From Polyangiales bacterium (lineage in GTDB: Bacteria > Myxococcota_A > Polyangia > Polyangiales > Polyangiaceae): DNA of 64,000 nucleotides. The position numbers were made by a program, and so were the translations under genes. The notes beneath the pieces are model-generated. The model saw nothing but the letters and a program-made list of their open reading frames with translations. It was not told where the DNA came from and searched no databases. The stretch is taken from contig JBBRNJ010000006.1 in NCBI GenBank assembly GCA_038230375.1, positions 64,001 to 128,000 on the forward strand, in the 5' to 3' direction. Below, in pieces: positions 30,432-40,221 of the stretch (the first letter of the stretch is position 1; every line of letters begins with the position of its first letter).

Positions 30432-30448
30432 AGCAAGAGGGCTGCCAA
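30432..30448 (-). promoter_or_regulatory. Sigma54 (-24/-12) promoter
   Basis: Minus strand TTGGCAGCCCTCTTGCT matches TGGCA-N6-TTGC spacing, about 30 nt upstream of the ATG at 30403. Confidence 0.75.
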
Positions 30449-30600
30449 CGCCGCACGGGCAATTCAATGCAGCAACTGCGCGAATCCCATGCGTGAAGTC
30501 GTTGTGGGTAAAGGTCGCCTGGAACGCCACGCGGGATCCTCGGCGACCACCTCCGCGCCCCGTGTCGCGTCACTGAGACGTTTCTACTAGCTTCGGCCCC

Positions 30601-31245
30601 ATGAGTGACTCGCCGCTCCAGAAGATCCGGCTCGACTACGCCCGCGCGTCGCTCGACGTCGCGGATGTGTCCGCCGATCCCATCGCGCAGCTCACGCGCT
30701 GGATGAACGAGGCCATCGCCGCAGACGTCCCCGAGCCCACGGCGATGACGCTGGCCACAGCGAGCAAGGACGGCGTGCCCTCCGCGCGCATCGTGCTGTG
30801 CAAGGGCATCGACGGCAGCGGCCTCACGTTCTTCACGAACTACGAGAGCCACAAGGGCCGCGAGCTCCTCGCCAACCCGCGCGGCGCACTCGTCTTCTTC
30901 TGGAAGGAGCTGGAGCGACAGGTCCGCATCACCGGCACGACTGAGCGCGTCTCGCGCGACGAGTCCGAGGCGTACTACCGCACGCGTCCCATGGGCAATC
31001 GCATCGGAGCGTGGGCCTCCGCGCAGAGTGAGCCCGTAGCCTCGAGAGCGGAGCTGGAGTCGCGCTTCGCAAAAACCGAAGCAAGGTACGCCGCTGCCGA
31101 TCCACCGCTGCCAGACTTCTGGGGCGGCTACCGCCTGAGACCAGACATGATCGAGCTCTGGCAGGGCCGTCAGAGCCGCCTCCACGATCGCCTGCAATAT
31201 ACACGCAACGGGCAAACGTGGACCCTGACCCGCCTCTGCCCCTAG
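30601..31245 (+). CDS. pdxH: Pyridoxamine 5'-phosphate oxidase
   Basis: AMTLAT, PSARIVLCK, FFTNYESHKG, RQVRI, ELWQGRQSRLHDR. Confidence 0.97.
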   Translation: MSDSPLQKIRLDYARASLDVADVSADPIAQLTRWMNEAIAADVPEPTAMTLATASKDGVPSARIVLCKGIDGSGLTFFTNYESHKGRELLANPRGALVFFWKELERQVRITGTTERVSRDESEAYYRTRPMGNRIGAWASAQSEPVASRAELESRFAKTEARYAAADPPLPDFWGGYRLRPDMIELWQGRQSRLHDRLQYTRNGQTWTLTRLCP

Positions 31246-31261
31246 CAGTGTGTGGGTGGAG

Positions 31262-31345
31262 GTCGAAGTCGAGGTCGAGGTCGAGGTCGAGGTCGAGGTC
31301 GAGGTCGAAGTCGAAGTCGAAGTCGAGGTCGAGGTCGAGGTCGAG
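31262..31345. repeat. Intergenic (GTCGAR)14 microsatellite between convergent genes
   Basis: 14 consecutive GTCGAG/GTCGAA units with degenerate flanks. Confidence 0.95.
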
Positions 31346-31368
31346 GTCGTTGTCTAGGTCGGTCGAGG

Positions 31369-32376
31369 TCAGTCCGCTGTGTTTGCGACGAGCTTTCTCG
31401 AGAACAGGATCGCGTCTTTTCGCGCTCCTCCCACCACCAGGTGATTCTCGAGCACTCCGGTCCTTCGGAACCCGTTCGCCACGTACGCCGAGGCCATCGC
31501 GACGTCGTCGCTGGGCGCGAGCGAGAACACGCTCACGCAGCCTTCCTTCGCCAGCATGTCCACGAGCGCACGGAGCGCCGATGTGGTCGCGGAGGTCTCC
31601 GCCTCCGACGCGGGCGCGGTGAGCAGCTCCAGGAACGCATTGCCGAAGCACGGCTGTGACTCGACGGAGGCCCACAGCTCGAAGTTCCCGCGCGCCGTCA
31701 CGCTGAAGTATCGCCGCTCGGTGTCGCGTCCGAAGGGCTCGAACGCAGTGAGCGCGACGCCCTTCTTCTGGGCGCGCTCGACTGCCTTCTTCGCTTCCGT
31801 CTCGCGCGCGATGGCAACGGTCGTGCGCGGGATCACCCTCTCGACCTTCGCGGTGCGCTTCGCCTTCGCCAGCGTCTTCTCCGCCCTCCGCGTGGCGGGG
31901 GACAGGGTCTTGTCGTCCTCGTCTGCGAGGGCCAGCACTTCCTCTTCCTCGGCAAGGCGGCGCGCCTCCGACGAGAAGCTCGCCTCGATCGGTGACGGTC
32001 GCGCGATCGCGAGACGCGTCTCGCTCGCGAAAGGCGCGCTGGCCGGGCAGCCGAGCAGGAAAGCATCACTGCGCTTGTAGAAGCCCGGGATGTTGCCTTC
32101 CTTCGCGAAGCCGAGCTTCGTCCAGGTGGAGACCTCGTCACGCTCGACCAGCGTGTACACCTTCTCCATGCGCTCCTGGCGCGCGAGCCTGAGCACTGCC
32201 TCGCGCTTGCGCGGGTTCGGCCCGGCACGGAAGTCGATGATGCGAACCGCGCCCGCGCGCCGGTTGAGGAGGAAGCAGAGCGAGACCGTGTCGTTGTTGA
32301 CGAAGAGCTCGTCACGCACGACAGCGGCGGCGACGCCGTTTCCAGCCCGAGAAGAAACCTGAGATTTGACTGCCAT
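31369..32376 (-). CDS. Tandem GNAT-like protein resembling beta-lysine N-acetyltransferase (AblB) architecture
   Basis: EKVYTLV...LGFAKEGNIPGFYKRSDAFLLG and VFSLA...AYVANGFRRTGVLENHL...DAILFSRKL. Confidence 0.6.
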   Translation of the reverse strand: MAVKSQVSSRAGNGVAAAVVRDELFVNNDTVSLCFLLNRRAGAVRIIDFRAGPNPRKREAVLRLARQERMEKVYTLVERDEVSTWTKLGFAKEGNIPGFYKRSDAFLLGCPASAPFASETRLAIARPSPIEASFSSEARRLAEEEEVLALADEDDKTLSPATRRAEKTLAKAKRTAKVERVIPRTTVAIARETEAKKAVERAQKKGVALTAFEPFGRDTERRYFSVTARGNFELWASVESQPCFGNAFLELLTAPASEAETSATTSALRALVDMLAKEGCVSVFSLAPSDDVAMASAYVANGFRRTGVLENHLVVGGARKDAILFSRKLVANTAD

Positions 32377-32487
32377 CACAAGCACCCCACCCTGCAAAGA
32401 CTCACGTCGAGAGCGAGCGAGTAGCACGCCCCCGAACGCAGGGTCAATCTGGGCACCGGCTCAGTGTTGGGAGAATCTGCGCCGCGT

Positions 32488-32994
32488 TCAGTGCCCTTTT
32501 TTGCCCTTCCGAACGGTGGGTGCGGGGGCGGCATGGGGCGGCCTGGGCCCCGAGGTATAGGGAACGATGGGGGAAGCCGCAGCCGGGGCCACGACATCCG
32601 CTACCCAGGGGTCGGGCGGCGGGATCGGAATGCCTTCCTCGACGAGCGGTGCGGCCCCAAGAGACATCGCCGCTTGCGGGGGCGCCTGGGTGGCCGCTGC
32701 CTGCGCCTGGATCTTCATCACGAAGAGGAACGTCCCGAGCCCGATCACGAACGAGAGCAACGCAGCGATGCCCATCGCCACGGCGCGGCTCGGGCCCTCT
32801 GGCTCGACGGGCAGGCGTACCGCGAAGGTCTCGTCCCACGCGGCGCTGTCGTTTGGGCGAAGGGCCGCGAGCTCGACGCCGCCGAGCGGGGTCTCCGTGT
32901 GGACCCCCTCGCGCTTGGCCCACTCGGTGGTGGGGGCATCTTCGTTGGTGAAGCGGCGCATCCGTTCCTGCCCTGCGAAAACCTTGCCACGCAT
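32488..32994 (-). CDS. Hypothetical single-TM protein
   Basis: One hydrophobic helix, Pro/Ala-rich C-terminus; fills the gap co-directionally. Confidence 0.55.
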   Translation of the reverse strand: MRGKVFAGQERMRRFTNEDAPTTEWAKREGVHTETPLGGVELAALRPNDSAAWDETFAVRLPVEPEGPSRAVAMGIAALLSFVIGLGTFLFVMKIQAQAAATQAPPQAAMSLGAAPLVEEGIPIPPPDPWVADVVAPAAASPIVPYTSGPRPPHAAPAPTVRKGKKGH

Positions 32995-33120
32995 GCGTAC
33001 GTCAATTCCTTCGGCAATTTTCGCGCATGCCCATGGCGCGCAGTGTCTCCTGTGGGAGACGCCGTGATCCAGGTGCGCGTGTACGCGCCTGCCCCTGATT
33101 CGTCACGCCACCAGGCGAAA

Positions 33121-34062
33121 TCAGGTGCCGATCGCGGCCGCGTCAGCGCTCGACACACCGAGCAGCGCAAGCGTCTCGGGCAGGCGCGTTCGCTGAACGG
33201 AGACCAGCGTGGGCATGCCGCCGGAGAGCCCGAGCAGTCGCAGGAAGCTCATTCCGCTGTCGAACGGTGCGGCGAGCGTGAGCGTGTCCTTGTCGACGAC
33301 GACCGCAATCGATGCGCGCTTCTGACCGTCGAGCAAGAGGGCGGTCTTGTCGTAACGTCCGTGCGAGCCGGTGGCATCGACGAACGCCAGGTTCTTCGGC
33401 ATGCCTCCGAGGCTCGCGTTCGGCGTCATGGGGACCACGCGATAGCGCGTCGCGATCTCGCGCGTCTGCACCTCTTGCGAGGCAAGCTCCGAGGCTGCGA
33501 CATCGATCTGCTCCCACAGGCCCTTGTCGGCGAGGCCTGTCGCCAGGTGTCGCACGATGAGCCCGAACAGCGCGTGGTCTCGCGTGCGTGCGCGGATGGC
33601 GCGGTCGATGCGAATGCCGATGGGCCCCGGCGTACCGATGCGTGTGTCGATCGCGCGCGCGTCGTCGTCGCAGCCGGGGTACGGCTCCTCGCCTTCGCGC
33701 ATCCATTTCGCTGCGCTCGCAAGGCCATCGAAATCCGTGTGGCAGACGATCGTGTCGACCGCGCCCGCACGCGCGACGACCTCCTTTGTGACCATCTCCG
33801 GGCAGGCGCCGTGCTCTGCCTTCGTGCAGAGGACGAAGCGCGGATCGTTCGCGTAGTCGGCGTGCTTGTCGTGATCGTGATGATCGACCCAGGCCACCAG
33901 GCGCGAACCGAGGCCCTTGATGAAGGGCAGCGTGATCTTGTCGTATCCGCCGCCCGACGCCTCCGATGCGAACGCTACGTCGAGCACCACCACACGTCCC
34001 CGCACGTCGTTGGTCTTCGGAAGCTTGCGCGGGGTCGCGAAGCAAAGCTCTGCGCGGATCAC
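33121..34062 (-). CDS. DHH family phosphoesterase with atypical motif order
   Basis: VVVLD, WVDHHDH, CHTDFDG; GGGAGG SD. Confidence 0.8.
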   Translation of the reverse strand: MIRAELCFATPRKLPKTNDVRGRVVVLDVAFASEASGGGYDKITLPFIKGLGSRLVAWVDHHDHDKHADYANDPRFVLCTKAEHGACPEMVTKEVVARAGAVDTIVCHTDFDGLASAAKWMREGEEPYPGCDDDARAIDTRIGTPGPIGIRIDRAIRARTRDHALFGLIVRHLATGLADKGLWEQIDVAASELASQEVQTREIATRYRVVPMTPNASLGGMPKNLAFVDATGSHGRYDKTALLLDGQKRASIAVVVDKDTLTLAAPFDSGMSFLRLLGLSGGMPTLVSVQRTRLPETLALLGVSSADAAAIGT

Positions 34063-34100
34063 ACCTCCCTCTATACGCTGTTTCTACTAAGACAGTGCCC

Positions 34101-34757
34101 ATGTCGCTCGGATGGGATTCGCGAGGTCTGTTGCCCGTCGTCGTGCAAGATCGGCTCAGCGGCGAGATCCGCATGCTCGCGTACGCCAACGTGGAGGCGC
34201 TGCGGCTCACGCAGGAGACGGGCCTCGCGACGTTCTGGTCGCGCTCACGCAGCGAGATCTGGGTGAAGGGCAAGACGTCGGGCCACGAGATCCGCGTGTC
34301 GCGCGTGCTCCTGGACTGCGACGCAGACGCGTTGATCTACGAGGGTGAGCCCGTGGGCCCCAGCTGCCACACCGGCGCGCAGAGCTGCTTCTTCCGCGCG
34401 CTCGACGGTGATGCACCCGCGGAGGGGGCGGAGGCGCAAACGACGCTCGCTCGCCTCGAGGCCGTGCTCGACGCCCGCAAGGCTGCGACCGCGGAGACGA
34501 GCTACACGAAGAGCCTGTACGATCTCGGCGCCGCCAAGATCGGCGACAAGGTGCGCGAGGAAGCGGACGAGCTGGCCCGCGCCCTCGCAGACGAAACGGA
34601 TGAGCGTGTGGTGAGTGAGGCGGCCGACGTGGTCTTCCACGTCCTCCTGGCGCTTCGTTCGCGCGGGGTCTCCTTCCGCGACGTGCTCGCAGTGCTGGAA
34701 GCCCGTACAGGCAAGAGCGGCCACGCCGAGAAGGCCTCCCGCAGCCGCCCAGCGTGA
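34101..34757 (+). CDS. hisIE: Bifunctional phosphoribosyl-AMP cyclohydrolase / phosphoribosyl-ATP pyrophosphatase
   Basis: FWSRSR, WVKGKTSGH, DCDAD, CHTGAQSCF, SYTKSL, EAADVVFH. Confidence 0.96.
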   Translation: MSLGWDSRGLLPVVVQDRLSGEIRMLAYANVEALRLTQETGLATFWSRSRSEIWVKGKTSGHEIRVSRVLLDCDADALIYEGEPVGPSCHTGAQSCFFRALDGDAPAEGAEAQTTLARLEAVLDARKAATAETSYTKSLYDLGAAKIGDKVREEADELARALADETDERVVSEAADVVFHVLLALRSRGVSFRDVLAVLEARTGKSGHAEKASRSRPA

Positions 34758-34833
34758 ACGCACTTCTATAATAGCCCGACGTCAATCCATCTTCACGACC
34801 GGGACAAGACAAGGATATCGTCGTCCATCAAAG

Positions 34834-36861
34834 ATGGCGCACAAAGTCCTGGTCTTCGAAAGTGATGCGGCGTTCGCCTCCGAGCTCCGCAGCGAGCTCG
34901 GCAAGCTCGATTGCATCGTGGACGTGGTCGACGATGGAAACGCGGGGCTGCAGCAAGCCTCGACGAACAAACCGGATCTGATCCTCCTCAGCATCGAGCT
35001 GCCGCGCATGAACGGCTTCTCCGTGTGCAACAAGGTGAAGAAGGATCCGCTGCTCAAGGACATCCCGCTCATCATCATGTCCACGGAGTCGTCCGAGGAG
35101 ACGTTCGAGCAGCACAAGAAGCTGCGGACGCGCGCGGAGGAGTACCTTCACAAGCCGATCGCGTTCGCGGAGCTGCGGAAGCGGATCGCCGGCTACATCG
35201 GCATCGACGCGGGCGCGGGCGGCGCGGAGGAGAACCCGGACTCATCCGGCATCGTGATCGAGGACGAGATCATGATCGAGGACGACGCCGAGCGCCGCGC
35301 GTCGTCGTTGCCGCCCCGCGACAGGTCCGCGCCACCGCCGGCCGTGCCGCAGCTGACGGCACCCGCGCCGCCCATCGACATCTCGCCCGACGACATGCTC
35401 TCGGGGCTGGAACGTCGCTCGGCCGCACCGAGCCCCCCGGCTGGGCGCCACGAGGTCACGCAGCTCGTCGACCTTCCGCCGATGCGCCCCGCTTCCGTGC
35501 GCCCGCCGGCTGCCGCTCCGCCCGCCCATGTCTTCGCGGCGCCCGTGGACGATGGTCGCATCGACGCGCTCGAGGGGGAGCTCGCGCGCGCACGCGATCA
35601 GCTCGCCACTGCGAAAGAGGAGACCGCCATCGCGACGAAAGAGGTGGAGGAGCTCCGCGGTCAGGTCGCGAAGAAGCCGGCCGCTGGGGGCGTGTCCAGC
35701 CGCGACTTCCTCGATCTGCGCGAGGCGCTGAACAAGAAGGACAAGGAGATCCTCACCTTCAAGGAGGGCGTCGCCAAGAAGGATCGAGAGATCGTCGAGG
35801 GGCGCGACAAGCTCCTGGAGCTGGAACGCACGGCAGCCGACATGGAGGACAAGCTCCTCGCCGCGGAGCGCGCTCTCGCGGACGCGAAGGAGAAGGTCGA
35901 CGAGCTTGCCGCCGACAAGGAGCAGGCGAAGAAGCTCGCCGACGACACGAAGCGCAGGTTCGAGCGCTCGCAGGAAGAGGTCGAGGCGAAGCGCAAGGAG
36001 ATCGAGGCCGCTGGCAAGATGCACGAGCAGGCCGTGGCCACGCTGCGCGCGGAGCATGAGGCTCAGTTCACCAAGGAGCGCGACGAGCACAAGAGCGCGA
36101 TCGAGGACGCAGAGAAGAAGCGCGCGGAGGAGGAGGCAGCGGCAAAGTCCACGCTCGAGGCCGCCGAGACCGCGCATGCCGCGGCGACGAAGGCGCTCGA
36201 AGAGAAGCACGAGACCGCCACCGGAGAGGCCAAGGCAGCCGCGGAGAAGGTCCTCGCCGACACCACCGCGAAGCTCACCGAAGAGCGTGAGACGGCGGTC
36301 GCCGAGCAGAAGAAGACGTTCGAGGACGCGCGCGATGCCGCCGAGAAGGACTTCACCGAGAAGCGCACCGCCCTCGAGGGTGACATCGCCCAGAAGAGCA
36401 AGACCATCGACGAGACCACGCAGGAGCTCGCCTCCACGCGTTCGTCGCTGCAGGGCACGATCGACGAGACGAAGAAGAAGCTCGAAGAGACGGAGAAGTC
36501 GCTCGCAGAGACGCGCGACAGGCTTGCCGAGACCACGAAGGCCAAGGACGACACCAAGAACACGCTCGACGAGGCCACGGCCCGCTTCGAGAAGGAGATC
36601 GCCGAATCCCAGGCGCAGACCGCGACGGAGAAGCGGGCCAAGGAAGATCTCCAGCGCGACAAGGACGCGCTCCATGCGCGCATCCGCGAGCTCGAGGGCG
36701 CTGTCGTCGACACGCAGAAGAAGCTCGCGCAGGAGGCCGACGCGAAGGCCAAGGCCGTGGCCAAGTGGGAGGCCGACAAGTCGTCGCTCGAGCGCGCGAA
36801 GGATGCGCTGGCGGTGGTGCTGTCCCAGATCGAAGAAGCAGAAGCGCGCGCGATCTCGTAG
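34834..36861 (+). CDS. frzS: FrzS-like protein: pseudo-receiver domain, Pro-rich linker, long coiled coil
   Basis: VLVFESD...DLILLSIELP (phosphoacceptor Asp replaced by Ser), CNKVKKD, FEQHKKLRTRAEEYLHKP; more than 400 aa of coiled coil. Confidence 0.7.
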   Translation: MAHKVLVFESDAAFASELRSELGKLDCIVDVVDDGNAGLQQASTNKPDLILLSIELPRMNGFSVCNKVKKDPLLKDIPLIIMSTESSEETFEQHKKLRTRAEEYLHKPIAFAELRKRIAGYIGIDAGAGGAEENPDSSGIVIEDEIMIEDDAERRASSLPPRDRSAPPPAVPQLTAPAPPIDISPDDMLSGLERRSAAPSPPAGRHEVTQLVDLPPMRPASVRPPAAAPPAHVFAAPVDDGRIDALEGELARARDQLATAKEETAIATKEVEELRGQVAKKPAAGGVSSRDFLDLREALNKKDKEILTFKEGVAKKDREIVEGRDKLLELERTAADMEDKLLAAERALADAKEKVDELAADKEQAKKLADDTKRRFERSQEEVEAKRKEIEAAGKMHEQAVATLRAEHEAQFTKERDEHKSAIEDAEKKRAEEEAAAKSTLEAAETAHAAATKALEEKHETATGEAKAAAEKVLADTTAKLTEERETAVAEQKKTFEDARDAAEKDFTEKRTALEGDIAQKSKTIDETTQELASTRSSLQGTIDETKKKLEETEKSLAETRDRLAETTKAKDDTKNTLDEATARFEKEIAESQAQTATEKRAKEDLQRDKDALHARIRELEGAVVDTQKKLAQEADAKAKAVAKWEADKSSLERAKDALAVVLSQIEEAEARAIS

Positions 36862-36867
36862 CGTCCG

Positions 36868-38196
36868 TCAGGCGCGAAGGCCCGCGCGCGTGGCGAGCGT
36901 CTCGCCCAGCGTGCGCGCGCGCGACACCACGCGCTCGGCGTCGAGCAGCATGTGCTCTCCGTCGCGCACCACCTGCGCGCCGTCGGCGAGCACGTGGGTG
37001 ACGTCACGGGCGGTGCATGCATAGACAAGCCGTGAGAACACGTCGCCGCCAGGCTCCACGTGCGCGCCGTCCGTGCGGACCACCACGATGTCCGCGCGCT
37101 TGCCGACCTCGATGCTGCCGGTGACGTCCCCCAGGCCGAGCGCGCGTGCGCCGTCAATCGTCGCGAGCCGGAACGCGCGCTTCGCAGGCAGCGAGGTCAC
37201 GCCGGTGCGCACCTTCGCGAGCAGCGCCGCGTGACGCAGCTCCATCCACGGGTCCAGGTTGTTGTTGCAGGGTGCCCCATCCGCGCCGAGCGCGAGCTGC
37301 ACGCCCAGTGCGTCTAGCTCCGCGACGCGCGCGATGCCGGAGCCGAGCTTGAGGTTGGCGCTCGGGCAATGGACGATGCGCGTGCCCTCCTCCGCCATCA
37401 GCGTGGCCTCGTCGTCCGTCAGCTGCACGCCATGGGCGAAGATCGCGCGCGGCCCATGAAATCCCCAGCGGCGCATGACCGCCACGTCCTCTTCACCCAG
37501 CAGCTCGCGCACCGTCTGGCGCTCGTCGGGGTGCTCGGCCACGTGGCTGTGCATGAGCACTTCGTGCTCGTTCGAGCGCTCAGCGACGCCACGCACGAGC
37601 TTCTCCGTGCACGAGAGGATGAAGCGCGGCGCGTACGCGTAGAGGAGACGACCCTGGTCGTTGCCGTGCCAGGCCTTGCGCAGCTTGTCGCTCGCAGCAA
37701 GACTATCCTTCGTGGTCTCGCGCAAGCCCTTGGGGACGGATGCGCCGGCGTCCATCATGGCCTTGCCACCCACGACCCGGATGCCTGCGCGTGAGCATGC
37801 GTCGAAGATCGCGTCGTAGCCATGCACCGTGCCCATGTCGAGCAGCGTGGTGGTCCCCGCCAGCATCGACTCCAGGAGCCCGAGCTCGGCGCTCGCCGTG
37901 AGCGTCTCTTCGTCGTGGGCGGCCTCGAGCGGCCAGATGCGCTCTCTCAGCCAGGAGAGCAGGGGCAGGTCGTCCGCCATGCCGCGCATGAGGACCTGGC
38001 AGAGGTGTACGTGGGCCTGTACGAAGCCCGGGATGACCGCCGCGCCGTCCGCAGAGATGACGCGCGTGAGGCCATGCGGCCGCAGACGCGGGCCGATCTC
38101 CACGATGCGCGAGTCCCGGACGCGCACGTCAGCCGCGACGACCGTGTCCTCCGCGTTGCAGGTCACAACCAATCCCCCGACGATCAACGTGTCCAC
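36868..38196 (-). CDS. Amidohydrolase, MTA/SAH or 5'-deoxyadenosine deaminase-like
   Basis: PGFVQAHVH, HSHVAE, FAHGV, HCPSANLKLGSG, LGADG. Confidence 0.9.
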   Translation of the reverse strand: MDTLIVGGLVVTCNAEDTVVAADVRVRDSRIVEIGPRLRPHGLTRVISADGAAVIPGFVQAHVHLCQVLMRGMADDLPLLSWLRERIWPLEAAHDEETLTASAELGLLESMLAGTTTLLDMGTVHGYDAIFDACSRAGIRVVGGKAMMDAGASVPKGLRETTKDSLAASDKLRKAWHGNDQGRLLYAYAPRFILSCTEKLVRGVAERSNEHEVLMHSHVAEHPDERQTVRELLGEEDVAVMRRWGFHGPRAIFAHGVQLTDDEATLMAEEGTRIVHCPSANLKLGSGIARVAELDALGVQLALGADGAPCNNNLDPWMELRHAALLAKVRTGVTSLPAKRAFRLATIDGARALGLGDVTGSIEVGKRADIVVVRTDGAHVEPGGDVFSRLVYACTARDVTHVLADGAQVVRDGEHMLLDAERVVSRARTLGETLATRAGLRA

Positions 38197-38279
38197 GAAA
38201 GATCCTCCGGATGTTGCACTCTACAGCATTCTTGTCCCTTGACCTTCGGTGAAAGTCGAACCACGCTCGGCCCAGCCAC

Positions 38280-40205
38280 ATGACCCGCATCCTTGTCGTG
38301 GACGACAGCCCCACCATCCGGCGCGTCGTCACGAATATTCTGGAGGTCTCCGGCTTCGACACGGTCGAAGCGACGGATGGTCAGGACGCGCTCGAGGTCC
38401 TCCGGAGCGGCGAGGCCAAGGTGGACCTGGTGCTCGTGGACTTCGTGATGCCCCGCATGAACGGCTTCCAGTTCGCGCGCGCGCTGAAGAAGGAAGAGAA
38501 CCTCGGGACGCTGCCCATCATCCTGATGAGCGCGAAGTCGGATCGCATCCGCGCCCAGTTCGTGGAGCAGACCGGGTCGCTCGATGCGATCGGCAAGCCC
38601 TTCGACGCAGAGGCATTGCTCACGGTGGTGGAGAACGCGCTCCGCCGCAAGAACGAGCGCCCGACCACACCGAAGCTCGTCGACCCGGCAGACGTGATGG
38701 ACGGCTCGGAGCCGAACATGCCAGCCGCGGACGCCGCCGATGACGACGATGACGGGGAGCTGATCGTCCTCGACTCGATCCCGCCGGACGATGACGGCAC
38801 CGCAGACCCCACGGTGCTTCGGCTGGCCCCTCCCGCGATGTCGCTCGCCTCCACGCTGCGCGAGACCTTCGCGCCCGTGATCGAGGCGCTCTCCGATCCG
38901 GAGACGGCGCTGAAGATGTCGAGCGTGCTCACGAAGGATGCGGCGATCGCCATCATCCGGGCCGCGACGCCGATCGCCAGCCCCGACCCCGTGCTCTTGT
39001 CGGGCAATCTGTCGACGCTCTCCGCGTCCGCCATCCTTCAGCTCCTGCAGGCGGAAGGCCAGACCGGGCGCCTCCTGGCTACGCGCGGCAAGAGCGAGAT
39101 CACGGTGACCTTCCGCGGCGGCCTCGTCGACCTCGTGCAGTCGCGCGAAGCAGGCGACGAGTTCAGGCTGGGCCGTTACTTCGTGTCCGCCGGGCTGGTG
39201 AAGCCCGAAGAGGTGGACGCGGTCGCGCGCGGCGTCGCGCTGCCGAAGCGCGAGCTTGCCGGCGATCAGAAGAAGAGCGACGCCCCCGAGGAGGCCGCGG
39301 CCCCTAGCGCCGACCCGCTCGTTCTCGCGGCCAAGACGATCTCGGTGGAGACGGTCGCGGCGCGGAGCACGCTCGGCGAAGAGGCCATCACGTCGCCTGG
39401 CAACAAGAGCGACCCGAAGGTCGACGTGAACGACGCAGGTCCCAAGAGCGGCATTCAACCCAGCTCCGCGGAGCCCGCCAAGGCCGCCGCCGCGGACAAC
39501 GAGGAGACGCCGATCGCATCCCAGGACCTGGTGCTGGACGATCTGGACGCCGATCTGGACAACGACACGCGCATCGTCGCGAGCGCCTTCAAGGCCAAGG
39601 TCGAGATGCCGCGCGAGCCGAGCAGCGGCGTGGTCGGAGACGAGGACGTCGCAGACGCTCCCGACTCGAGCCCGCCGCCGCCCACCGTGATCATGAGCGC
39701 GGCGAACGCAGTCCCGAAGCCCGCAGGCGCGCGACCGCTCCTGGGGGACGCGCTGGTGCAGGCGGGGATCATCACCGAGGAGCAGCTGAAGGACGCGCTC
39801 ATCCGTCAGTCCAGCGAGCTCATCTACGAGCTGTTGCGCTGGAAAAATGGGCATTTCGAGCTTGCGGCCGCTGCGCCCCCTCCGCTCGCAGAGCGCACGA
39901 AGCTGGGGCTGCCCGTCGCTCAGCTGGTGATGGAAGGCTTCCGTCGCGTGGACGCGTGGCAGGCGCTCGAGAAGTCCCTTGGTGACTTCGAGAGCGTGCT
40001 CTATCGCGACGACGGTGTGGTCGGCACGATGAAGGGCGACACGCTGACACGCGCGGAGCGGCGTGTGCTCGATGCAGTGGACGGTGAGCGGACCGTGCGC
40101 GAGGTCATCGCGGCGTCGCACCTGGGCAGCTTCGATGCATGCCGCATCCTGGCGCAGTTCCTGGAGGCGCGCATCGTACGTCGCCGCATCGAAGAGAGCC
40201 TGTGA
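38280..40205 (+). CDS. Response regulator with DUF4388/PATAN-like domain and MshEN-like motifs
   Basis: Intact REC (VDD, VDFVMP, MSA, KP); LSGNL...ILQLL...TGRL; RLGRYFVSAGLV and LLGDALVQAGIITEEQLKDALIRQ; ELLRWKNGHFEL. Confidence 0.85.
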   Translation: MTRILVVDDSPTIRRVVTNILEVSGFDTVEATDGQDALEVLRSGEAKVDLVLVDFVMPRMNGFQFARALKKEENLGTLPIILMSAKSDRIRAQFVEQTGSLDAIGKPFDAEALLTVVENALRRKNERPTTPKLVDPADVMDGSEPNMPAADAADDDDDGELIVLDSIPPDDDGTADPTVLRLAPPAMSLASTLRETFAPVIEALSDPETALKMSSVLTKDAAIAIIRAATPIASPDPVLLSGNLSTLSASAILQLLQAEGQTGRLLATRGKSEITVTFRGGLVDLVQSREAGDEFRLGRYFVSAGLVKPEEVDAVARGVALPKRELAGDQKKSDAPEEAAAPSADPLVLAAKTISVETVAARSTLGEEAITSPGNKSDPKVDVNDAGPKSGIQPSSAEPAKAAAADNEETPIASQDLVLDDLDADLDNDTRIVASAFKAKVEMPREPSSGVVGDEDVADAPDSSPPPPTVIMSAANAVPKPAGARPLLGDALVQAGIITEEQLKDALIRQSSELIYELLRWKNGHFELAAAAPPPLAERTKLGLPVAQLVMEGFRRVDAWQALEKSLGDFESVLYRDDGVVGTMKGDTLTRAERRVLDAVDGERTVREVIAASHLGSFDACRILAQFLEARIVRRRIEESL

Positions 40206-40221
40206 CGTGGTGGGCCGCGAC

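Noticed and set aside
30929..31675. ORFs with RS, RG or DL dipeptide runs
   Set aside because: They are translations of the intergenic GTCGAR microsatellite and overlap pdxH and the GNAT-like gene.
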